Source of the DNA: a virus
DNA: 20,854 nt
UHGV virus genome: UHGV-0059920
Reading direction: 5' to 3' (one strand)
The position numbers and the translations under genes are program-made. The notes below the pieces were generated by a model. That model saw only the letters and a list, made by a program, of their open reading frames with translations, ran no database searches and was not told the DNA's origin. This document shows, piece after piece, positions 8,392 through 16,679 of the stretch (its first letter is position 1; the number at the start of each line of letters is the position of its first letter).

Positions 8392-9225
8392 TCAGCAATT
8401 GGTCAGAGTGTCAGCGGGGGCGTTACCGCCTGTTGCACGCTGGCGGTAGTCCTGGCGGCTGTCTTCATGACTCAGCTTATTCACCAGTTCGTTAAAGGCG
8501 GTCTGCTGTGCCTGCAGGGCAGTCTCCAGCTCAGACAGACGTTCTTCCTGCTCAGACAGGGATTTTTCGGTGCGTGCGCTCAGGTTCTGCTGCTCAGTGG
8601 CGACCAGCTCCACGGCCTTATGCACATCAGAGAACCGGGCGTCATCGGACTGCTCTTTTTTGGTAAACAGCGCCGTGACGCGGGCAAACAGGGACGGTTT
8701 GTCGTCCTGGACTTCTTCCAGTTCGATCACCGTTTCCTCTGCGGCGGTAAAGAGATTGGCGGGATTCTGCTTGCGGTTTGCCAGCGGGTTATGGGCTGCA
8801 CTGGCGCTGAATGTCAGCATTTCAGTGCCCAGACTGGCAGGGTCATCAGTGGCAGCCAGGCCGACCAGGTAGGCTTTGCCCGTATCAGCGAACTTCGGGC
8901 TGACTTCCATAGAGGTGAATAATTTCTGGCCTTTTTTCACCAGCTCCACCAGGGACTCCGTTGGCTCAACGTCGGCATACAGCGCCATCTTGCCTGCCAG
9001 CGGACCTTCCGTGATTTCTTCAGCAAACAGCGCCGTCACCTTGCCGTAGCGGTTAAAGGTGCTGTCCGGCAGATAAGACTTGATGTGCTCAAGGTTAATC
9101 AGCGCGGTATACACCGCCGGGTTATAGCTGGCTGCCATCTGTTCCAGCCATTCACGCTGGATTTCGCGTCCGTCGGTGGTGGCACCTTCCACCCCGATGC
9201 GAAAACGCTTTGCTTTCACTGTCAT
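8392..9225 (-). CDS. O: Capsid scaffolding protein O
   Basis: 277 aa; N-terminus ...FRIGVEGATTDGREI... and C-terminal ...ATGGNAPADTLTNC closely resemble P2 gpO as recalled. Confidence 0.9.
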   Translation of the reverse strand: MTVKAKRFRIGVEGATTDGREIQREWLEQMAASYNPAVYTALINLEHIKSYLPDSTFNRYGKVTALFAEEITEGPLAGKMALYADVEPTESLVELVKKGQKLFTSMEVSPKFADTGKAYLVGLAATDDPASLGTEMLTFSASAAHNPLANRKQNPANLFTAAEETVIELEEVQDDKPSLFARVTALFTKKEQSDDARFSDVHKAVELVATEQQNLSARTEKSLSEQEERLSELETALQAQQTAFNELVNKLSHEDSRQDYRQRATGGNAPADTLTNC

Positions 9226-9303
9226 GAGCCGTGCTCCGTTAGAAAAAACTTACTGGAGCCTTATGGTTGCGGTGATAGGGGCAGTGAAACAATGCGCGGT
9301 ATT

Positions 9304-9321
9304 TGTACCGACAACCACACA
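9304..9321. promoter_or_regulatory. TGT-N12-ACA dyad in the divergent O/P late promoter region
   Basis: TGTaccgacaaccacACA inside the 142-bp gap between the divergent O and P start codons, the same arrangement as P2 PO/PP. Confidence 0.35.
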
Positions 9322-9367
9322 AACCGCAGGCGGGGAAAGCCTTCATTCAAGGCTGTAGGTTTGTGCC

Positions 9368-11134
9368 ATGAACACCACACTGACACCCGCAGATCTCGAT
9401 CCCCGTCGGCAGGCCATGCTGCTGTACTTTCAGGGATACCGCGTAGCCCGCATTGCTGAAATGCTGGGCGAGAAAGTTGCAACCGTTCACAGCTGGAAAA
9501 AACGCGACAAGTGGGGTGACTATGGGCCTCTGGATCAGATGCAGCTCACCACCGCCGCACGCTACTGCCAGCTCATCATGAAGGAGCACAAAGAAGGGAA
9601 AGATTTCAAAGAGATTGACCTGCTGGCGCGCCAGTCTGAGCGCCACGCGCGGATCGGCAAGTTTAACAATGGCGGCAACGAAGCCGACTTAAACCCTAAC
9701 GTCGCCAACCGCAACAAAGGCCCACGCCGTCAGCCTGAAAAGAATGTTTTCACCGATGACCAGATTGAGAAGCTGGAAGAAATTTTCCATTCCTCCATGT
9801 TCAACTACCAGCGCCACTGGTGGGAAGCCGGAAAAACCAACCGCATCCGCAACCTGCTGAAGTCACGCCAGATCGGCGCGACCTTCTATTTTGCCCGTGA
9901 AGCCCTGATTGACGCCCTGCTTACCGGACGTAACCAGATTTTCCTTTCTGCCAGTAAGGCACAGGCCCACGTCTTCAAACAGTACATCATCGACTTTGCC
10001 AAAGAAGTGGAGGTGGAGCTGAAAGGCGATCCGATGGTGCTTCCCAACGGGGCCACACTGTATTTCCTCGGCACCAATGCCCGCACTGCCCAGAGTTATC
10101 ACGGCAACCTGTATCTGGATGAATATTTCTGGATACCGAAATTCCAGGAGCTGCGCAAAGTGGCTTCCGGTATGGCTATTCACAAGAAATGGCGACAGAC
10201 CTATTTTTCCACGCCATCCAGCCTGACCCACAGTGCTTATCCGTTCTGGTCCGGTGCGCTGTTCAACCGTGGGCGCAACAAAGCCGATAAGGTGGACATC
10301 GACCTGTCCCACAGCAATCTGGCTCCCGGCCTGCTGTGTGCAGACGGGCAATACCGCCAGATAGTCACCGTGGAAGATGCGGTGCGCGGCGGATGTAACC
10401 TGTTCGATCTCGACCAGTTGCGCATGGAGTACAGCCCGGACGAATACCAGAACCTGCTGATGTGCGAGTTCGTGGACGATCTCGCGTCCGTGTTCCCGCT
10501 CAGCGAACTGCAGGCGTGCATGGTGGACAGCTGGGAAGTCTGGACCGACTTTCATGCACTGGCCCTGCGCCCGTTTGGCTGGCGCGAAGTGTGGATCGGT
10601 TATGACCCGGCAAAAGGTACGCAGAACGGCGACAGTGCCGGATGCGTGGTGGTGGCTCCGCCAGCCGTGCCGGGTGGTAAGTTCCGCATTCTTGAGCGTC
10701 ACCAGTGGCGCGGGATGGACTTCCGCGCCCAGGCTGACGCCATCAAAAAACTGACCGAACAGTATAACGTGACCTATATCGGTATCGACTCGACCGGCGT
10801 CGGTCACGGGGTTTACGAGAACGTGAAAGCGTTTTTTCCTGCCGTCAGGGAGTTTGTCTATAACCCCAACGTTAAAAACGCCCTGGTACTCAAGGCCTAC
10901 GACATTATCAGCCACCGCCGTCTGGAGTTTGACGCCGGGCACACCGACATTGCGCAGTCATTTATGGCAATCCGTCGCGCTACCACTGCCAGTGGCAACC
11001 GCCCGACCTATGAAGCCAGCCGCAGCGAAGAAGCCAGCCATGCCGATCTGGCCTGGGCAACAATGCACGCACTGTTTAACGAACCACTGCAGGGCGAGTC
11101 CGCCAATACCAGCAATATTGTGGAGATTTTTTGA
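9368..11134 (+). CDS. P: Terminase ATPase (large) subunit P
   Basis: 588-aa ORF divergent from O; its stop overlaps the Q start (tgATG). Confidence 0.9.
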   Translation: MNTTLTPADLDPRRQAMLLYFQGYRVARIAEMLGEKVATVHSWKKRDKWGDYGPLDQMQLTTAARYCQLIMKEHKEGKDFKEIDLLARQSERHARIGKFNNGGNEADLNPNVANRNKGPRRQPEKNVFTDDQIEKLEEIFHSSMFNYQRHWWEAGKTNRIRNLLKSRQIGATFYFAREALIDALLTGRNQIFLSASKAQAHVFKQYIIDFAKEVEVELKGDPMVLPNGATLYFLGTNARTAQSYHGNLYLDEYFWIPKFQELRKVASGMAIHKKWRQTYFSTPSSLTHSAYPFWSGALFNRGRNKADKVDIDLSHSNLAPGLLCADGQYRQIVTVEDAVRGGCNLFDLDQLRMEYSPDEYQNLLMCEFVDDLASVFPLSELQACMVDSWEVWTDFHALALRPFGWREVWIGYDPAKGTQNGDSAGCVVVAPPAVPGGKFRILERHQWRGMDFRAQADAIKKLTEQYNVTYIGIDSTGVGHGVYENVKAFFPAVREFVYNPNVKNALVLKAYDIISHRRLEFDAGHTDIAQSFMAIRRATTASGNRPTYEASRSEEASHADLAWATMHALFNEPLQGESANTSNIVEIF

Positions 11135-12159
11135 TGGGAAAGAGTAAGAAGAACCGCGCTGCGTCGACGAAACAGATCCAGCATAAAGGCCAGACTTCAG
11201 CCGAAGCATTCAGCTTCGGTGATCCCGTTCCTGTTCTGGACCGCCGCGAACTGCTGGACTATGTGGAATGCGTACAGATGGATCGTTGGTATGAGCCGCC
11301 TGTGAGTTTCGACGGACTGGCGCGAACTTTCCGCGCCGCCGTGCATCACAGCTCACCGATTGCAGTGAAGTGCAACATTCTGACCAGCACCTACATCCCT
11401 CACCCGCTGCTCAGCCAGCAGGCTTTTTCGCGTTTTGTACAGGACTATCTGGTTTTTGGTAACGCCTACCTGGAGAAACGCACGAACCGTTTCGGTGAAG
11501 TTATCGCCCTTGAGCCTGCTCTGGCAAAATACACCCGACGCGGGTTAGACCTGGATACCTACTGGTTTGTGCAATACGGTATGACAACCCAGCCGTATCA
11601 GTTCACGAAAGGCAGCATTTTTCATCTGATGGAACCGGACATCAACCAGGAGATCTACGGCCTGCCAGGTTATCTTTCTGCCATTCCGTCAGCCCTGCTC
11701 AACGAGTCCGCCACGCTGTTCCGCCGTAAGTATTACATTAACGGCAGTCATGCAGGCTTCATCATGTACATGACCGATGCCGCGCAGAACCAGGAGGACG
11801 TGAACAACCTTCGCAATGCGATGAAAAGTGCCAAAGGACCAGGTAACTTCCGCAATCTGTTCATGTACTCGCCTAACGGCAAAAAGGACGGGCTTCAGAT
11901 CATCCCGTTGTCAGAAGTCGCGGCGAAGGATGAGTTTCTGAATATCAAAAATGTCAGCCGCGATGACATGATGGCTGCGCACCGTGTACCGCCACAAATG
12001 ATGGGAATCATGCCGAGTAATGTTGGGGGATTTGGTGATGTTGAAAAAGCCAGCCGCGTCTTTGTCCGCAACGAACTGATGACGTTACAGAAGCGACTGC
12101 AGGAGCTTAACGACTGGCTGGGCGAAGAAATAATTCGCTTCGAACCTTATATGTTTTAG
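11134..12159 (+). CDS. Q: Portal (capsid vertex) protein Q
   Basis: Start refined to ATG at 11134 with GGAG upstream (the ORF-track start at 11131 is a TTG); about 341 aa downstream of P. Confidence 0.9.
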   Translation: MGKSKKNRAASTKQIQHKGQTSAEAFSFGDPVPVLDRRELLDYVECVQMDRWYEPPVSFDGLARTFRAAVHHSSPIAVKCNILTSTYIPHPLLSQQAFSRFVQDYLVFGNAYLEKRTNRFGEVIALEPALAKYTRRGLDLDTYWFVQYGMTTQPYQFTKGSIFHLMEPDINQEIYGLPGYLSAIPSALLNESATLFRRKYYINGSHAGFIMYMTDAAQNQEDVNNLRNAMKSAKGPGNFRNLFMYSPNGKKDGLQIIPLSEVAAKDEFLNIKNVSRDDMMAAHRVPPQMMGIMPSNVGGFGDVEKASRVFVRNELMTLQKRLQELNDWLGEEIIRFEPYMF

Positions 12160-12176
12160 ATATAGATTAGGCTCAG

Positions 12177-12202
12177 AAAGCGCCTGCTACTGCAGGCGCT
12201 TT
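12177..12202. terminator. Bidirectional rho-independent terminator between convergent Q and the 97-aa ORF
   Basis: AAAGCGCCTGC-tact-GCAGGCGCTTT: an 8-bp GC-rich stem flanked by an A-tract and a T-tract, 18 nt after the Q stop. Confidence 0.6.
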
Positions 12203-12204
12203 GT

Positions 12205-12498
12205 TTACTCTTTAACAAGTGTGCCCCACACCGAGTCTTCAACCTCTTCAACAACAATATTGATGTTGCAAATAACATGGTCTTCACTTACTCGAGTATA
12301 TCTGAATAACCTTGATTTCACTTTCCCACCAAACGACTCACGGTCTTCATTGTTGGTAATGTCGACATAATCCCCAACATTCGGAAGCATCAGGAGTGGA
12401 TTGTCTTCCGAAGAACATCTTACAATCTCTCCATCATCAAGAGGTCGCGTATCCCCTTTACGTAAGTATTGAAAGTCATAGTTGTATATGGTTTTCAT
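12205..12498 (-). CDS. Hypothetical 97-aa acidic protein; AT-rich cargo gene between portal gene and cos
   Basis: Single ATG start with AAGGA 8 nt upstream, terminator immediately downstream, visibly AT-rich codon usage unlike the flanking phage genes. No motif recognised. Confidence 0.55.
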   Translation of the reverse strand: MKTIYNYDFQYLRKGDTRPLDDGEIVRCSSEDNPLLMLPNVGDYVDITNNEDRESFGGKVKSRLFRYTRVSEDHVICNINIVVEEVEDSVWGTLVKE

Positions 12499-12677
12499 TG
12501 TCTATCCTTTTGAAAGTAACATCGCTGACGTATGTTGTTTCACAGTTCCATTTCCACATTAAGTCAATGAAATCAACATCATTTAATGTGTGCCAATATA
12601 TTGCAACACGATCCCGAAAACTTCAAATCAATCTCTCCAATACGCGGGATTATTACTTTTTCGCCCCGTTACGCGCG

Positions 12678-12696
12678 CTCGTATCCCCGCCACGCC
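12678..12696. other. Putative cos site (cohesive-end region)
   Basis: Minus strand reads GGCGTGGCGGGGATACGAG. I recall the P2/P4 cohesive end as GGCGAGGCGGGGAAAGCAC and a near-identical one for 186. It lies on the far side of Q from P, where cos sits in P2. Confidence 0.5.
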
Positions 12697-12740
12697 TGCC
12701 CGCTTTGTGTAGTGGTTTTCATGCACCTGCATGACACAAG

Positions 12741-12770
12741 CAAAAGCCCGCCAGCTCTGGCGGGCATCAG
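12741..12770 (-). terminator. Rho-independent terminator, minus-strand orientation
   Basis: GCCCGCCAG-ctc-TGGCGGGC stem followed on the minus strand by TTTTGCTTG; sits after the HNH gene and before cos. Confidence 0.5.
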
Positions 12771-12878
12771 CAAAAACGATCCTCAAACGATCATGCGATT
12801 TCATGCGGCATAGACATGCGTTGGCAAAAATGTACGAAATACTCAGCTTATAGGAAATGGTCTTTTTCCAACCTCCAG

Positions 12879-13598
12879 TTAGCCAAAGCAGAAACCAATA
12901 TTGCAATTTGAAACTCCACAGTTGTGAAATTGATGTGGACCTACTCTTAGCTTGTGTTCGTCTCCTACAATCCGAGTCCCCTTAACCAACATATCTAATC
13001 TTTCCACAATCAATCTTTCAGGCGCATCAACTTTAATAATTAAACGAGGACCTTTCCTTTTTTCTATAATAGTTATTCTAGGACCGACAACCTGAACATC
13101 CCAATGCCTTGCACTACAAACCCACTCATTCTTAATTAATTCAAGATTAACAATACCTTGACTATCGTAAAATTTACCCGAAATAAGAAAAGCATTATTT
13201 TCTTTTTCAATGGTTAACAATGGCTCATTTTGAAACATTATTGGTACAGTACAGGATTCAAACGTCGCACCACCAAATATTATTGTTGGATGCCTATCAG
13301 AAAAGTCCAATATATCGGCCACATTCCCTTTTTGTAAGGCTGCAGGAGATTCCATTGCTTTAATTATTTTCTCTTTAGAGTAAAGACGTTTCGTTACTTT
13401 CGCATGGCACGTAGGACAAAGTAGTGCTATTGCATTTGGAGAGTGCTCCTTTGCATCAGCGTATGTGGGAATTACATGCTCATACTCAACAATGGGAGAA
13501 GCACAAACAACGCAACCGAAGCCACAGCGCTGCCTTACCTCCAGTTTTACAGGTTCAGGAATTGTTCTAGATAACCCATGCTTGTTAATAGTTGTCAT
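12879..13598 (-). CDS. HNH (His-Me finger) nuclease-domain protein with an unrecognised C-terminal domain of about 170 aa; candidate defence or exclusion cargo
   Basis: N-terminal motif RCGFGCVVC...EYEHVIP...SPNAIALLCPTCHAK has the spacing of a zinc-bound HNH core (CxxC, EH, N, CxxCH). AAGGTAAGG RBS upstream; visibly AT-rich. It sits where P2 carries old/tin. Confidence 0.7.
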   Translation of the reverse strand: MTTINKHGLSRTIPEPVKLEVRQRCGFGCVVCASPIVEYEHVIPTYADAKEHSPNAIALLCPTCHAKVTKRLYSKEKIIKAMESPAALQKGNVADILDFSDRHPTIIFGGATFESCTVPIMFQNEPLLTIEKENNAFLISGKFYDSQGIVNLELIKNEWVCSARHWDVQVVGPRITIIEKRKGPRLIIKVDAPERLIVERLDMLVKGTRIVGDEHKLRVGPHQFHNCGVSNCNIGFCFG

Positions 13599-13634
13599 AA
13601 CCTTACCTTAAAACTTCGAGAAACCTTTTATATA

Positions 13635-13649
13635 TTGATACTATATCAA
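13635..13649. promoter_or_regulatory. Palindrome TTGATA-cta-TATCAA upstream of the HNH gene (candidate operator/promoter element)
   Basis: Perfect 6-bp inverted repeat with a 3-bp spacer inside the 122-bp gap between the DinI-like gene and the HNH gene. Confidence 0.3.
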
Positions 13650-13720
13650 CTAACGCCTCGCACAGCTCGTTGTTCAACCTTGCTGACGCCAGAAGCAAGT
13701 TCAGACGCCAGCAACGTTTC

Positions 13721-13954
13721 TTAATGCAGCCAGCTGTCGTCTTCCCACACCTTCTGCATAATTTTCATCACTTGCTTCCTTTCTTCGTCCAGTTGCAGTC
13801 CGGTCAGTTCCACACCGTTAGAGCTACCTTTGCGGATGCGAATTACCGTTTTTGGATACAGGGGGCGCAGATTGCGGTAAAGCTCGGATTCAAGGGCGTC
13901 CAGGGTAGACTGGCTAATCTTCTGCTCTTTATCGATCATTATTTCAATGCGCAT
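13721..13954 (-). CDS. DinI-like protein (candidate Tum-like SOS antirepressor domain)
   Basis: Start refined to ATG at 13954 with GAGGTG upstream. MRIEIMIDK...LDALESEL...KIMQKVWEDDSW aligns by eye with E. coli DinI as recalled (MRIEVTIAK...IDALAGEL...WESADDW). Confidence 0.8.
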   Translation of the reverse strand: MRIEIMIDKEQKISQSTLDALESELYRNLRPLYPKTVIRIRKGSSNGVELTGLQLDEERKQVMKIMQKVWEDDSWLH

Positions 13955-13964
13955 AAAAGTCACC

Positions 13965-14153
13965 TCAGCTGATGACATCCATTGAGCGGTTGTATTCGTG
14001 GGTTCTGATTTTTGCCATGAGTTCATCTGTCAGTTCAGAAACCCACTGCAAAGCCAGCCCCTTCTCTTCATCACTACACTCACTAGCCGCTACAAGTTTA
14101 AGAAAAAAATCAATGCGCTGGAGCTTCAAAGACTCCAAAAAATAGTCCTGCAT
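13965..14153 (-). CDS. Small hypothetical protein (62 aa), first gene after the LexA box
   Basis: ATG at 14153 preceded by AGGAGGAAAG. Ends 10 nt before the DinI-like start, in a different frame. Confidence 0.5.
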   Translation of the reverse strand: MQDYFLESLKLQRIDFFLKLVAASECSDEEKGLALQWVSELTDELMAKIRTHEYNRSMDVIS

Positions 14154-14194
14154 CTTTCCTCCTATGACACCACAAGCAATACTGTATGTATAAC

Positions 14195-14237
14195 CACTGT
14201 TTATATTTACAGTATATAATAATCTTACTGATGTAAA
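14195..14237 (-). promoter_or_regulatory. LexA (SOS) box overlapping a sigma70-like promoter for the small-ORF/DinI-like operon
   Basis: CTGT-ttatattt-ACAG at 14197-14212; as a 20-mer on the minus strand it reads TACTGTAAATATAAACAGTG against consensus TACTGTATATATATACAGTA. Minus-strand -35 TTTACA (14232-14237) and -10 TATACT (14211-14216) with a 15-nt spacer. Confidence 0.6.
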
Positions 14238-14306
14238 ACGTTTTTTTACGTTCATCAGCCTGATATGCCTGGTATTATTAAGAGCACGAATTGTTAACCC
14301 GCGTAA

Positions 14307-16679
14307 TTAATACAGGTTTCGCCACTTATCATCTTCCTGCAAACGCTGGTTCCGATAGAAGATACGCAGGCCTGCTCCTGACGGAATACTGCCGCCGCGA
14401 AGGAGTAAATCGACCTCTTTCTCGCTGCCATCAAATCCTCTGGACTTCAGTTCATAGACGAGCTGCTGTCGCTGATGGTCTGTAATTCGCTGTTTGTAGT
14501 CTTTACGCCGTTTCGGTTTCACCAGGCGTAACCTTGCAGCTAGTTCCCGGCGCTCTTTTTTGCTCATACTGTGCAGGTAATCGTGCAACGCCTTGTCATC
14601 CATGCGGGTAATGTCCGTCCTGGTATCCCCATCAGCTGATTTGTCTTTCCCTTGTTGGTTCAAATTTTCAGCAAGGGGACAGTTATTGCCACGAGTCCAA
14701 GGGGCGCAAGCGCCCTGGTCGGCTGCCGCCTCCTGAACATCAACGGCCTTACGAACCATTTTCCACTTCACGGCATGAGTGCAGATCTTGCCCTCTGCAA
14801 TAGGTGACCAGATGCCATAAATACGAATGCCGTGATCGCCATAGGCGGTCGGCTCTTCGTTGATTTCATAAGCGGTTCTGATGAGGTGATATTTGCGGGG
14901 AACCAGTACGCCGCCCTGCTTCATGATGTAGGTGGCAAAACAACCAGCATCAGCAGCAGCCAGGATGGCATCAAGGCGCGGGTTATCCAGTACCGGCGCA
15001 CCTGCTTTTTTGTCCCCCTGTTGCCTTGCCGCCTGACCAGCCAGCAATCGCAGTTCACGGTAAGCCTGACGCCCCGGAATGCCAAAGAAGCGGAATTGCT
15101 GAACACGATGCAGAGACGCCCAGGCATTAACGTATTCAGCATTATCACGCAGGGATTTCCCCGTTTCCTTGCTGATCTCGCCAGCCAGACCACGCCCGTC
15201 AATGTTCTTACTGATGTATTTCGCGATGTAGCTTGTTGGCGTACCTTTGCGCGGGTTAATCAACTCAGACTTAAAGCGCGGCCCAGTGTTATTGCCCAGT
15301 TCCTCGCGGTCTTCACGGATGGCAAACTTACGCAGTAATGCAGTGATGGCGCGGCGGTCTTTTTTGCGCATAAAACACAACAGGTGCCAGTGAACTGTAC
15401 CGTCATGATGCGGCTCAGCCACCCGCACGCCATACCACCGCAATCCGGCTTTGTGCATCGCCTTACGAAATGCAGCAAACATGCCGACCAGATAATCACT
15501 GCTTTGTCTTACCGTCGCATTTGTCCAAGTTGGGTTGGGCCTGCCATTATTTAGCGTGGAATGGAAACGTGACGGACAGGTGATGGTGTAGAAAACGGCG
15601 CAGTCACCGCGCATTTCCGCGATAAGCTCCAGGCCTTTAACACAGGCCATCATCTCATTGCGGCGATGCGCAGGGTTGCTGCTGCTGGCGTTTACCACAT
15701 CCTCCATGTCCAGCGTGTCGCCGTCTTCGTTCACCAGTTCATGAGAACGAAAAAACTCCAGCGACTTACGGCGCTGCTCACGTTTATGCATCACGGCTTC
15801 ATAGCTGACATAGGGAGATGCTTTTTTGCTGACCAGGCAGACAGCACGCAACTGCTCTTCCCGCCATTCGCAACGCATCTTCCATAATTTCCGGTACCAC
15901 CAGTCAGCGCACAACATACGCGCCAGCGAACCCGGAATGAGTTCATAGGGCACGGGTTTACGGCGGTTTCTTTTCCGGCGGAGTTGCTCAAACGCAGGCG
16001 GGATGACATCCAGACGCAGGGTTTCCGCTGCCACCTTTTCCCATGTCTTGCGGATTTCTTCTGGCTTAACGTCATCGGTGACATACAAATCGCCACAAGC
16101 TGCATCAAGGCACATGCTCATATGCGCAGCTACCAGGGTGGACAGGCGTTTCACCTGATCCTGACTCATTTCAGGCAGGATCAGCAGGCCGTCCAGCCCT
16201 TCATGGCTTGCCATAAAGCGAAAAGAAGTGGATAGCTGACAGTCGCGTACATGCTCCAGCCGTTCCAGACATGGCTTAATCGTCTCACGCAAATAGCGGG
16301 AATAAGCCTTTGGCCTGCCCAGGCTGCTGAAGTATTCAATACGTTGCATCAGTGGCTTGCTGATATGGGAAGGCTGGGCATTAACGTCCGCCAGAATGAC
16401 CATATCTGGATTAAAACGCTGCTGCTCATGCGCCAGCTTTGCCCGACTAATGAGCTTATCCTGCTCCATTTCGCGCTGGACAGGATCACGGGATTCATTA
16501 AAGAAATAACGCTCCCAGACCTGATCACTCAGTGCCTCGCGGCGCAGCTGTTCCTGCTCGTTATCGGCAGCGTACAGAGCGATCAGGTTTGAAAGCGCAG
16601 AAACTGAAGATTGCTCTTCCGTCTCTACGTAAGGATTGATTGCTTTTTTCTCAGCATTCCAGGAATAGCTGTAGTTCAT
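14307..16679 (-). CDS. A: Replication initiator endonuclease A (rolling-circle nickase)
   Basis: About 790 aa with HxH metal motif ([11 protein letters not shown]) and the active-site tyrosine region ([12 protein letters not shown]). Start taken as ATG at 16679, overlapping the upstream stop (TAATG); the ORF-track start at 16730 is a TTG. Confidence 0.9.
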   Translation of the reverse strand: MNYSYSWNAEKKAINPYVETEEQSSVSALSNLIALYAADNEQEQLRREALSDQVWERYFFNESRDPVQREMEQDKLISRAKLAHEQQRFNPDMVILADVNAQPSHISKPLMQRIEYFSSLGRPKAYSRYLRETIKPCLERLEHVRDCQLSTSFRFMASHEGLDGLLILPEMSQDQVKRLSTLVAAHMSMCLDAACGDLYVTDDVKPEEIRKTWEKVAAETLRLDVIPPAFEQLRRKRNRRKPVPYELIPGSLARMLCADWWYRKLWKMRCEWREEQLRAVCLVSKKASPYVSYEAVMHKREQRRKSLEFFRSHELVNEDGDTLDMEDVVNASSSNPAHRRNEMMACVKGLELIAEMRGDCAVFYTITCPSRFHSTLNNGRPNPTWTNATVRQSSDYLVGMFAAFRKAMHKAGLRWYGVRVAEPHHDGTVHWHLLCFMRKKDRRAITALLRKFAIREDREELGNNTGPRFKSELINPRKGTPTSYIAKYISKNIDGRGLAGEISKETGKSLRDNAEYVNAWASLHRVQQFRFFGIPGRQAYRELRLLAGQAARQQGDKKAGAPVLDNPRLDAILAAADAGCFATYIMKQGGVLVPRKYHLIRTAYEINEEPTAYGDHGIRIYGIWSPIAEGKICTHAVKWKMVRKAVDVQEAAADQGACAPWTRGNNCPLAENLNQQGKDKSADGDTRTDITRMDDKALHDYLHSMSKKERRELAARLRLVKPKRRKDYKQRITDHQRQQLVYELKSRGFDGSEKEVDLLLRGGSIPSGAGLRIFYRNQRLQEDDKWRNLY

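Noticed and set aside
9329-9341. Second cos candidate (GGCGGGGAAAGC) in the O/P intergenic region
   Set aside because: It sits between the divergent O and P start codons; in P2-like phages cos lies beyond Q. The site at 12678-12696 is positionally correct and matches over a longer stretch. Kept as a low-interest finding.
12396-12906. ORF-track ORFs spanning the cos region (12396..12734 +, 12586..12813 +, 12628..12906 -)
   Set aside because: They cross the cos-like site and the terminator hairpin, lack an RBS, and overlap the better-supported 97-aa and HNH genes; most likely non-coding.
13965-14255. Longer forms of the small ORF (96 aa, start at 14255) and the DinI-like ORF (101 aa, start at 14026)
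   Set aside because: The upstream extensions run through the LexA box/promoter or overlap the neighbouring gene and have no RBS. Internal ATGs at 14153 and 13954 each have a strong Shine-Dalgarno sequence, and the DinI homology begins at the internal Met.
14227-14257. Palindromic sequence CTGATG...CATCAG with an internal A/T run, between the gene A stop and the LexA-regulated promoter
   Set aside because: Considered as a terminator for gene A, but the stem is short and interrupted and no clean T-tract follows on the minus strand; it overlaps the -35 region of the SOS promoter.
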